UHGV virus genome: UHGV-0368231
Length of the DNA: 44,863 nt
Source of the DNA: a virus
Direction: 5' to 3' (one strand)
Below, piece after piece: positions 30,010 to 36,828 of the stretch; the first letter of the stretch is position 1, and each line of letters begins with the position of its first letter. Both the position numbers and the translations under genes were made by a program. Under the pieces are notes generated by a model. The model ran no database searches. It was not told the origin of the DNA and was given only the letters and a program-made list of their open reading frames with translations.

Positions 30010-30252
30010 TTAGCTTAAAATTTTATGAATTCCCGTTTTCGGGACATCAGGGTTATAAAAAAACTCATTCATATTTAAATCAAGTATATAACATAATAAA
30101 CTAGCCTCTTGTAATGTGAAGTCACTTTTATTTCTGTTGATTTTCTGACTAAATCTATTTGTTGTCATTCCCATAGCTTTTGCAACTTCTTTATGTTTTA
30201 TACCGTGTTTATCTAAATACAAACGGAGTTTAGTATGCTTTTGTTGTACCAT
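30010..30252 (-). CDS. Cro-like HTH repressor
   Basis: Start at MVQQKHTKL after RBS AGGAGGTGG. HTH: KEVAKAMGMTTNRFSQ. Confidence 0.7.
   Translation of the reverse strand: MVQQKHTKLRLYLDKHGIKHKEVAKAMGMTTNRFSQKINRNKSDFTLQEASLLCYILDLNMNEFFYNPDVPKTGIHKILS
30031..30044. promoter_or_regulatory. Operator-like palindrome TCCCGTTTTCGGGA, 4th copy, inside the cro 3' end
   Basis: Exact copy of the operator motif found in the cI/cro intergenic region. Confidence 0.5.
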
Positions 30253-30269
30253 ACTTCCACCTCCTTTTA

Positions 30270-30378
30270 TCCCGTTTTCGGGATTACACATAGTATATTA
30301 CATGCCTATATATTCAAAGTCAATGAAAAAATTCCGTTTTCGGTAAATTTGTTCAAAATAATCGTTGCGTTTCCGGGA
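30270..30378. promoter_or_regulatory. Divergent cI/cro control region with three operator copies: O1 30270-30283 (TCCCGTTTTCGGGA), O2 30332-30345 (TTCCGTTTTCGGTA), O3 30365-30378 (TTGCGTTTCCGGGA)
   Basis: Repeated inverted-repeat motif CCCG-TTTT-CGGG read directly from the sequence. O1 lies just downstream of the cro -10. O3 overlaps the cI -35. Confidence 0.65.
30295..30323 (-). promoter_or_regulatory. Putative cro promoter (-35 TTGACT, 17 bp spacer, -10 TAATAT)
   Basis: Minus-strand hexamers are the complement of 30318-30323 and of 30295-30300. Confidence 0.5.
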
Positions 30379-30401
30379 TACAAATATTATAATAATATTT
30401 G
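30365..30401 (+). promoter_or_regulatory. Putative cI promoter (-35 TTGCGT 30365-30370, -10 TATAAT 30388-30393) inside the 21-bp perfect palindrome CAAATATTATAATAATATTTG (30381-30401)
   Basis: Hexamers with 17-bp spacing. The palindrome was read directly. Confidence 0.5.
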
Positions 30402-30430
30402 TAAAATATGAACTTAGGAGAAAAAAAGAT

Positions 30431-30763
30431 ATGGAAACTTTCGAAAAGAATTTAAAAACATTAAGAAAAAGTAGAAATTTATCTTTACAAGAATTAGCAA
30501 CCAGACTTAATAAAAATTATAATGTTAAATTTTCAAAAACTTCCATTGACCGTTGGGAAAAAGGAGAATCAAGTCCTTCTATGGACCATGCGAGTGCATT
30601 AGCGCATTTTTTTGACATTTCATTGGATGAATTAAGTGGAATTAAAGAAATGAAACAAAAAGAACCACAAACTCTAGCAGCACATCTAGAAGGCGAATTA
30701 AAACAAGAAGATGTTGACTATATTATGAGTTTAATAGATAGATTCAAAAATGAAGACAAATAA
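30431..30763 (+). CDS. CI-like XRE-family HTH repressor (no peptidase domain), ImmR-like
   Basis: Start METFEKNLKTLRKSRNLSLQELA after RBS AGGAG. 110 aa. Followed by the ImmA-like gene. Confidence 0.75.
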   Translation: METFEKNLKTLRKSRNLSLQELATRLNKNYNVKFSKTSIDRWEKGESSPSMDHASALAHFFDISLDELSGIKEMKQKEPQTLAAHLEGELKQEDVDYIMSLIDRFKNEDK

Positions 30764-30777
30764 AGGGATTGATTTTA

Positions 30778-31242
30778 TTGTCACGTTATGAGCAATTACT
30801 AGCAGAAAATGGACACATTAAAATAAGGGATACTCATTCATTACCTAACGGATATAGTGGTTTTTATAAAGATGGTGTAATTCTTATAGATAAAAATTTA
30901 CCCGAAACTCGTAAAGCTGAAGTGTTATACGAAGAATTAGCACATCACAAACTTACATATGGGAACATATTAGACCAGTCTAAATGGATTAATCGCAAAT
31001 TTGAAAACTACGCTAGGCGTCACGGGTACGAGGCAGCACTTCCCCTACGCATTATTGTGGAGGCACATAACTATGGAGTAAGTAACTTATATGAACTAGC
31101 AGAGTATGTTCAATTAAGTGAAGAACACTTATTAGAAATATTAGAACATTACAGAAATAAACATGGTATTTACATACATTATGGAACTTACTTAATTCAG
31201 TTTGAACCATTACGTGTGTTTAAATATGAAAATATTAATTAA
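30778..31242 (+). CDS. ImmA/IrrE-family metallopeptidase-like protein (putative anti-repressor protease)
   Basis: Sits directly downstream of the HTH repressor. Contains EELAHH. The start codon is ambiguous (TTG 30769 or 30778). Confidence 0.5.
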   Translation: MSRYEQLLAENGHIKIRDTHSLPNGYSGFYKDGVILIDKNLPETRKAEVLYEELAHHKLTYGNILDQSKWINRKFENYARRHGYEAALPLRIIVEAHNYGVSNLYELAEYVQLSEEHLLEILEHYRNKHGIYIHYGTYLIQFEPLRVFKYENIN

Positions 31243-31257
31243 AGGGGGACATTTTTT

Positions 31258-31944
31258 ATGTCTGAAAAAAAGAAGTGGTATAAATCCACATGGTTTACTA
31301 TTTTAACTCTAATCTTTATTTTCCCCTTAGGATTGTTTCTAATGTGGAAATACATGGATTGGAAGCGTTGGGTTAAAATTTTAATTACTGTTTTAATTAT
31401 TATAATAGCTATCACCAATCTTACAAGCTCACCCGAATCAAATAACGAATCTTCAAAGAAAGAAGTAACAACTGAAGAGAAAAGTTCTGAATCAAAAGAA
31501 GAATCTAATGACGAATTAGATACCGAAGAAGAGACTACTTCTGAAGAAAGCACATTTGAAGAATCTAACGATGACTTAGATTCTACTGATGAATCTACAG
31601 AAGAAGAATCTACAGAAGAAGAAACTTCTAGTAAACCAACTAGAGAACGGAAAGCTGCATTAAACAAAGCTGAGACGTATTCTGAAATGATGCATATGTC
31701 TAAAAGTGGTATTTATGAGCAATTAACTTCAGATTATGGTGAAAAATTCCCTGCTGATGCAGCTCAATACGCTGTGGATAATCTAAAAGTTGATTATAAA
31801 AAGAACGCACTAGAAAAGGCTAAAGATTATGCAGAGCAACAAGATATGTCTACTGATGCTATTTATGATCAATTAACTTCGGATTATGGTGAGAAGTTTA
31901 CCGCAGAAGAAGCTCAATATGCAATTGATAACTTAGATAATTAA
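31258..31944 (+). CDS. Ltp-family superinfection-exclusion-like protein (TM-anchored, acidic Ser/Glu linker, two Ltp repeats)
   Basis: Two repeats: IYEQLTSDYGEKFPADAAQYAVDNL and IYDQLTSDYGEKFTAEEAQYAIDNL. There are N-terminal TM helices but no lipobox Cys. Confidence 0.65.
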   Translation: MSEKKKWYKSTWFTILTLIFIFPLGLFLMWKYMDWKRWVKILITVLIIIIAITNLTSSPESNNESSKKEVTTEEKSSESKEESNDELDTEEETTSEESTFEESNDDLDSTDESTEEESTEEETSSKPTRERKAALNKAETYSEMMHMSKSGIYEQLTSDYGEKFPADAAQYAVDNLKVDYKKNALEKAKDYAEQQDMSTDAIYDQLTSDYGEKFTAEEAQYAIDNLDN

Positions 31945-31950
31945 ACTATT

Positions 31951-31979
31951 AGGGTACCTAGTACCCTTATTATTTTTTT
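31951..31979 (+). terminator. Rho-independent terminator between the ltp-like gene and int
   Basis: AGGGTAC-cta-GTACCCT followed by TTATTATTTTTTT. Confidence 0.7.
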
Positions 31980-31999
31980 ATCTTTTTAGGAGGGATAGC

Positions 32000-33025
32000 A
32001 TGCAAACACGATGTTATGACGGTAAAAAATGGCAATATGAGTTTAAATATGATGGTAAGAGGTATCGAAAGAAAGGTTTTAGAACGAAACGTGAGGCAAA
32101 CTCTGCAGGGTTAGATAAGTTAAATGAATTAAAGCAAGGTATTGAATACGAACCTAATTTAACGTTGTACGACTATTTTAAAACTTGGTGTGAAACCTTT
32201 AAAAAATCGACGGTAACACCTAAAACATATAAGTCCTATATCTCTGCAATTGAACATATCAACAATCATCCTATCGGCAAAAAGAAACTGAAAGACTTAT
32301 CCAGGTACCACTATCAAGATTTTATTAATGAGTTTTCAAAACATCATTCGAAAGAATCTATTAGAAAGCTAAACGGCTATATTAGAACATCTTTAGATGA
32401 TGCAGTTTATGAAGGACTTATAGTAAAGAACCCTACTTTTAAAGTTAGTTATAGAGCTAGTAACCCAAACAAAAGTGAAGGTAGTAAGTATATAAATCTA
32501 AAAGATTATGAAGTGTTAAAACAGCATTTGATGACTAAAGACAACGCATCATCACTCGTACTATTCATCATGATTTGTACTGGTTGTCGCATAAGTGGTG
32601 CTTTGAATCTAAAACGTGAATATATCAATCAAATTAAAAGTGAAATATATATTGATGAGCATAAAACAGATTCGTCTCCTCGTTATGTGTCTATTAGTCA
32701 AAAGGATATGAACCATATCATTAAGTCTATTGATCAATTACCTAGAACAATCGACGGTACTATTTTTGGCGAATTAACAAACAATGCGGTTAATAAACGT
32801 TTAAAAGTATATTGCAACAATCTAGGTATCAAAGAGATTACTTCGCATGCACTACGTCACACTCACTGTTCATATTTATTAGCCAAAGGCATTTCTATAT
32901 ATTACATTTCGAAAAGGCTAGGACACAAAAATATATCTGTAACCACAGAAGTTTATTCACATTTACTTGAAGAAACTTATAAAGAAGAAGATGAAAAAGC
33001 AACACAGATTATAAGTGCAATGTGA
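32000..33025 (+). CDS. int: Tyrosine integrase
   Basis: 341 aa. C-terminal HALRHTHCSYLL...LGH...Y catalytic signature. The N-terminal arm-binding-like domain is basic. RBS AGGAGGGA. Confidence 0.9.
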   Translation: MQTRCYDGKKWQYEFKYDGKRYRKKGFRTKREANSAGLDKLNELKQGIEYEPNLTLYDYFKTWCETFKKSTVTPKTYKSYISAIEHINNHPIGKKKLKDLSRYHYQDFINEFSKHHSKESIRKLNGYIRTSLDDAVYEGLIVKNPTFKVSYRASNPNKSEGSKYINLKDYEVLKQHLMTKDNASSLVLFIMICTGCRISGALNLKREYINQIKSEIYIDEHKTDSSPRYVSISQKDMNHIIKSIDQLPRTIDGTIFGELTNNAVNKRLKVYCNNLGIKEITSHALRHTHCSYLLAKGISIYYISKRLGHKNISVTTEVYSHLLEETYKEEDEKATQIISAM

Positions 33026-33234
33026 TTTTTAGGGACCCATTAGGGACCCAAAACCCCATGAAACCCGTTGTTATAAGGTTTATAGTATCCCTCCCAGGAC
33101 GCTATTAGCCGAAAATTAAACACTTTTCCAAATCAAGAATCCCATAACGACGGGGTTCTTTTTATTTTGTCTATTAATAACACACCATATAAAACTAATT
33201 TTTAGGGACTTTTTAGGGACCCGAGTCCCTAAAT

Positions 33235-33263
33235 AAAAAACCACGCTCATAAGAACGTGGTTT
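33235..33263 (-). terminator. Hairpin AAACCACG-ctcataagaa-CGTGGTTT with a T-run on the minus strand
   Basis: The minus strand reads stem + TTTTTTATTT. The plus-strand side has only a weak U-tract. Confidence 0.5.
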
Positions 33264-33317
33264 AACCTCATAAATAAATCTTAAAAATCTCTACTATCAC
33301 AAATTGGGCATGTATCT

Positions 33318-33359
33318 ATTATAACATAAAAAAGCCACCCAGTGACATGTGTGGGTGGT
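33318..33359 (-). promoter_or_regulatory. Terminator-promoter module: hairpin CCACCCA-(10)-TGGGTGG (33335-33358), T-run, then extended -10 TGTTATAAT (33318-33326) on the minus strand
   Basis: Read directly. It is a near-copy of the module at 34681-34721. Confidence 0.55.
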
Positions 33360-33508
33360 GTAGGCTTACATAAGCGCTTGCTTACAACTACTTTTTAAAG
33401 ACACTGGATTGAAAGGGTATCAACAATCGGGATTAGTTATTGCTCACGGTGTCTCTCGTGTTATGCGTATATTATAGTATAAAAATAGACGTTCATTAAT
33501 AAGTATGT

Positions 33509-34081
33509 TTATTTAGAAGAATTTTCATTAAATATTTTTATAGGACATAATTTATTTGTCATTACATCTTGCTGGTTGTGTTTAGTGCTAGGATGTATTA
33601 AATGATGAGAATCTATAAACAATGGGTGGACGTTATTGTTCGCTTGATCGTATAAACAAATAATTCTAATTCCTCCGGCAATACCATATTGCCATAGTTT
33701 CTTTTCTTCATCACTGAAGATGTCTAATTTTTTATCATTAATTTTATCAACAATTGTTTGTACTAGTTGTAATTTATCTTCATTTACTAAATGACAATGC
33801 GTTTTTCTTGAATGCCATATCCCCTGTTTATTAAATATATCATAACCATATTTTTCAATATCAGGTAACAATACAGTCATTACTTTGGTCAGAGTTTTCG
33901 CCATAGATTGATAGTCGTTATACATATTAGTAAATTTATAACTATCAATTTTACATGATCTAAGCCAATTTTCATTTTCTAATATAATCTTGAATTCTTC
34001 TTTTATTCCTTTTCTATTGGCAACATTTGGATGAACCGGTGGAATATTCTTATTTACTTTTTTCTTTTTTTGTTTCGACAT
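33509..34081 (-). CDS. Unknown-family 190-aa protein, candidate toxin / effector partner of the Panacea antitoxin
   Basis: Its ATG lies 1 nt after the PanA-like stop (...GAATAAaATG...). Lys-rich N-terminus MSKQKKKKVNK. His-rich C-terminal motif VHPLFIDSHHLIHP. I could not assign a family. Confidence 0.6.
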   Translation of the reverse strand: MSKQKKKKVNKNIPPVHPNVANRKGIKEEFKIILENENWLRSCKIDSYKFTNMYNDYQSMAKTLTKVMTVLLPDIEKYGYDIFNKQGIWHSRKTHCHLVNEDKLQLVQTIVDKINDKKLDIFSDEEKKLWQYGIAGGIRIICLYDQANNNVHPLFIDSHHLIHPSTKHNQQDVMTNKLCPIKIFNENSSK

Positions 34082-34082
34082 T

Positions 34083-34538
34083 TTATTCCGCTTGCTTTAC
34101 ATAGTACTCAAACATATCTTTTTCAGAAATTACATTTTGACAAAGTTCTAAACTTGAAAAACCTGCTCTAGCTTTTTGCCACGGTTCTTCTTGGTGAGTA
34201 ATATTTTCTAGCTCATTTCCATTATAGCCACCATAAACTTCAAAAACTTGTTCTAATATATTCTCAATATCTTCATCAAATTCAATGTTTTCATTTATTT
34301 GAGGTATGTTAGAGTATCCGAAATGTTTATATTCATGATATACAACTGGTATCACTGGACCATGTACCCACGCTTCAAAATTCTCTCTAAATAATCTATT
34401 TTTTATATTACTAGCATTTTCATTTTCTAACGTAATTGTCCAAGATTGAGCATAATATAACATTTTTTGTAATTTTTTAGGAGACATCTCTTTTTTTGAC
34501 AGGAACCATTTTATGACTTTTTGTAATTCATCACTCAT
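34083..34538 (-). CDS. Panacea-domain (DUF4065; PanA / SocA / GepA-like) antitoxin-type protein
   Basis: KLQKMLYYAQSWTITL...FEAWVHGPVIPVVY matches the conserved DUF4065 core (KLQKLLY.AQ ... F.AW..GPV.P.VY). 151 aa. RBS GGAGGAG. Confidence 0.6.
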   Translation of the reverse strand: MSDELQKVIKWFLSKKEMSPKKLQKMLYYAQSWTITLENENASNIKNRLFRENFEAWVHGPVIPVVYHEYKHFGYSNIPQINENIEFDEDIENILEQVFEVYGGYNGNELENITHQEEPWQKARAGFSSLELCQNVISEKDMFEYYVKQAE

Positions 34539-34562
34539 AAATAATCTCCTCCTTCAAACACA

Positions 34563-34574
34563 TTATATAACATA
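34563..34574 (-). promoter_or_regulatory. Proximal putative promoter for the accessory operon (minus-strand ATGTTATATAAT, -10 TATAAT ~25 nt upstream of the RBS)
   Basis: Third degenerate copy of the ATGTTATAAT motif, preceded by GGTGGC as in the 33334-33359 copy. Confidence 0.4.
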
Positions 34575-34680
34575 AGCCACCATTTTTATACGAAAAAATC
34601 ATCATAACAAAAAAAGAGGCAACCGTCAGCAACAGTTACCTCAAGTACACTCCGCAGATGTGTACCGCAATTTCTATTTG

Positions 34681-34721
34681 ATTATAACATAAAAAAAGAG
34701 GGCAGTCGCTAGGACTACCCT
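34681..34721 (-). promoter_or_regulatory. Terminator-promoter module after the endolysin: hairpin AGGGCAGTC-gctag-GACTACCCT (34699-34721), T-run, then extended -10 TGTTATAAT (34681-34689)
   Basis: Read directly on the minus strand as AGGGTAGTCctagcGACTGCCCTCTTTTTTTATGTTATAAT. Confidence 0.55.
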
Positions 34722-34765
34722 AATTTGGAGATCTTTGTATAATGTCGTACTATTACTATAACATA

Positions 34766-36475
34766 TTAATACACTTTTGTTATTCTTAAACGTTCATGCC
34801 AAATATAACCATTGTTATTTTTAGAATAAACACGACACCAACCGTCTTTGATTTCAAACACATAGAATTGGTTATAGCCTGCTCTATATACGTCGTTTGT
34901 CGTATACCATTTCTTGCCTTTAAACTTCACTAAAGTGGCTCCGTAATGGTCAACTCTTGCTCTAAATTTAGCTTTAGATGATTTCTTCATCGTTTTAGGT
35001 GGAATGTTGCCTACTTTTAAGCCTTTTGTTTCATTCAATTTATTTTTCTGGTTAACTATTTGTTTATTCGGTTTATTCGCTAATTTACTTCCGCCTGAAG
35101 TTTTATAAATATCTTTAACGATAAGACGTTCATACCATACAAAACCGTTATTACTAGCACTGTATACTCTAGCCCAACCATCACGAATTTCATATACATA
35201 GAATACGTCGCCCGGTTTATATTCTTCATTTGTTGTAACCATCACATTATTGTGGTTAGGTCTACAAATAGTGACACCTGCGTTATCAGCAATTGCTTTG
35301 AAATATGGTTGGTTACTCCAAGTTAGTTTTTTAGGAGGACGTTTGTTAACTGTAATTGAACTGTTAGATTTACGTTTTGTTGCTTTAACTTCTTTAATAT
35401 CCGTTAAATCTACGCTATCATCAGCAAAGTCTGGAACAATGAAGTGGGTTAATCCTGTATAATCATCTTCACGCAATTTAGCTGGTGTATTGGCATTTCC
35501 ATCATAGTTTTGCTCTAAGATTGTGAATGTATTTGTACCACCTGAATTATCCCAAACTAAGCCTGTATGCCCCCATTCTCTATAAATACCTTCAGTATAT
35601 ACTGCAATAGCGCAAATAGGAGGAACATAATTCCTTGTATTTTTAACTACTTTCCAACCTTTAGGCATAGCATTTAAAGTATGCAATTCTTTGGCATTAC
35701 CATAGAAACGAACGCCACCTGTCACATGATAGATGAAGTCTACACTTAAATCTGCGCATTGATAAGCATACATATGATCAAAGTCTACAAACTGACCTTT
35801 CAAGCTGTGCATGTATTCAATTGCTTGTTTATACTTAACCACACTTTGTGGCGAAGGTGTCGGCTTTTTGTTTGTTTTCGTTGATAGTTTCTTACTTGGT
35901 GAGGACTTAACACCATTGATGTATTTAGAGATTTGTTTATCTAAATGTTTAACATTACGTGAATAACCACAAGCCTCCAATAAGTTACCAGGATCAATTT
36001 TATCAGCTTGAATATCTTGGTGTCCTGGCACTTCTGTTTTGTAATCAATTCCCCAATAGTTACATAAATACGCCAATACACGCGCCATATTATCTAATGA
36101 CTTACGTGAACGTTCAATATTACCTGGGAAGTAACTACCTTCTACACCAAATGCTACATCGTTAGCGTCAGCATTGTACCATTGATTATCAGTAGGTGTG
36201 TTATATAATACATGCCACGCTTTTTCTGTTACTGGAATACATACGATACACTCTTTGTCGTCAACAAAAATATGAGCGCTTGCGACGATTGACCAATCAA
36301 TCATATACGTATTTTTATAATAATTCACGTTTGTTTGTGCTGTTGTGTGAGGGTTTCCAGTGTCATGTGCTACTGCAAACAAAGGTTTCTTACTTGTTAA
36401 GGGTTGCCCGCTTCTACGTGTCCCAATCGGTAAAAAATCATACTTAACTGGGACGCCATTCCATTTTTCTGCCAT
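34766..36475 (-). CDS. Endolysin: N-terminal amidase_2 (PGRP-like N-acetylmuramoyl-L-alanine amidase), central CHAP domain, two C-terminal SH3b-like repeats
   Basis: AHDTGNP...GHQDI..DKIDPG (amidase_2 zinc ligands). YQCADL...GHTGLV...EQNY (CHAP Cys/His/Glu). Duplicated ...FYV(Y/F)EI(R/K)DGW.RVYS..NNG..W.ERL at the C-terminus. Confidence 0.8.
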   Translation of the reverse strand: MAEKWNGVPVKYDFLPIGTRRSGQPLTSKKPLFAVAHDTGNPHTTAQTNVNYYKNTYMIDWSIVASAHIFVDDKECIVCIPVTEKAWHVLYNTPTDNQWYNADANDVAFGVEGSYFPGNIERSRKSLDNMARVLAYLCNYWGIDYKTEVPGHQDIQADKIDPGNLLEACGYSRNVKHLDKQISKYINGVKSSPSKKLSTKTNKKPTPSPQSVVKYKQAIEYMHSLKGQFVDFDHMYAYQCADLSVDFIYHVTGGVRFYGNAKELHTLNAMPKGWKVVKNTRNYVPPICAIAVYTEGIYREWGHTGLVWDNSGGTNTFTILEQNYDGNANTPAKLREDDYTGLTHFIVPDFADDSVDLTDIKEVKATKRKSNSSITVNKRPPKKLTWSNQPYFKAIADNAGVTICRPNHNNVMVTTNEEYKPGDVFYVYEIRDGWARVYSASNNGFVWYERLIVKDIYKTSGGSKLANKPNKQIVNQKNKLNETKGLKVGNIPPKTMKKSSKAKFRARVDHYGATLVKFKGKKWYTTNDVYRAGYNQFYVFEIKDGWCRVYSKNNNGYIWHERLRITKVY

Positions 36476-36774
36476 TATCCACGACCTCCGCCAATTTTAT
36501 TATTTTTATCTTTAGTTGAACCTGTACGTGGTCGAACTGTTTCCCAAATACCAGTAGCCATTAGTCCGCTTATTAAACCAGCAAGCAAACGACCACCAAT
36601 CGATAATTCGGTAACAATTTCAGGGATAAACGCTGTAATGCCACCTAAAACGATACCAATACCGATAGCAATTAAAGGCACAATATTTTTTGATACGCCA
36701 GCTTGCTTAACTAATTGTGTTAATGCAATTGTTATAACTGAAATTACTGTTGCAAATGCAATAATACTTTCCAT
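36475..36774 (-). CDS. Holin
   Basis: 99 aa, 2-3 TM helices, charged C-terminus, immediately upstream of the endolysin and overlap-coupled to it. Confidence 0.8.
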   Translation of the reverse strand: MESIIAFATVISVITIALTQLVKQAGVSKNIVPLIAIGIGIVLGGITAFIPEIVTELSIGGRLLAGLISGLMATGIWETVRPRTGSTKDKNNKIGGGRG

Positions 36775-36794
36775 TTATTCCACTCCTTATTCAA

Positions 36795-36824
36795 AATAAA
36801 AAGCCGACCTAAAAAGGTCAGCTT
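36795..36824 (-). terminator. Hairpin AAGCCGACC-taaaaa-GGTCAGCTT plus T-run, immediately followed by the holin RBS
   Basis: Minus strand reads AAGCTGACCtttttaGGTCGGCTTTTTATTTTGaataAGGAGTGG...ATG. Confidence 0.55.
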
Positions 36825-36828
36825 TAAC

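Larger units (their letters stand above)
33026..33360. other. Putative attP region. It contains direct repeats TTAGGGACCC (33029-33038, 33040-33049; TTAGGGAC 33202-33209, 33213-33220) and a 20-bp perfect palindrome TTAGGGACCCGAGTCCCTAA (33213-33232).
   Basis: Non-coding stretch immediately 3' of int. Repeats read directly. These are candidate integrase arm-type or accessory sites. The core was not identified. Confidence 0.5.

Noticed and set aside
31239-31667. 142-aa minus-strand ORF with poly-Ser composition
   Set aside because: Mirror image of the GAA/GAT-rich acidic linker of the plus-strand Ltp-like gene. Antisense artefact.
33238-33264. Hairpin AAACCACG...CGTGGTTT as the terminator of the plus-strand int gene
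   Set aside because: The U-tract is on the minus-strand side (TTTTTTATTT). The plus-strand side has only TTT. It is interpreted as a minus-strand terminator, possibly weakly bidirectional.
33026-34766. Classical staphylococcal lysogenic-conversion virulence genes (sak, scn, chp, PVL, eta) in the lysin-attP slot
   Set aside because: None of the encoded proteins has a signal peptide or resembles those toxins. The slot is occupied by the Panacea-domain pair instead.
8327-36447. Remaining small antisense ORFs from the track (e.g. 8327-8557, 8929-9147, 9002-9223, 9829-10014, 10591-10815, 11236-11586, 11683-11962, 12145-12727, 12875-13057, 13504-13750, 14457-14657, 15777-15968, 17523-17735, 17950-18144, 18912-19163, 20223-20432, 21166-21459, 22552-22749, 23610-23813, 24604-24855, 25575-25796, 27170-27361, 35250-35462, 35959-36447, 39300-39578, 40468-41074)
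   Set aside because: Each lies wholly within a better-supported gene on the opposite strand or in another frame, with no RBS and phage-atypical composition.
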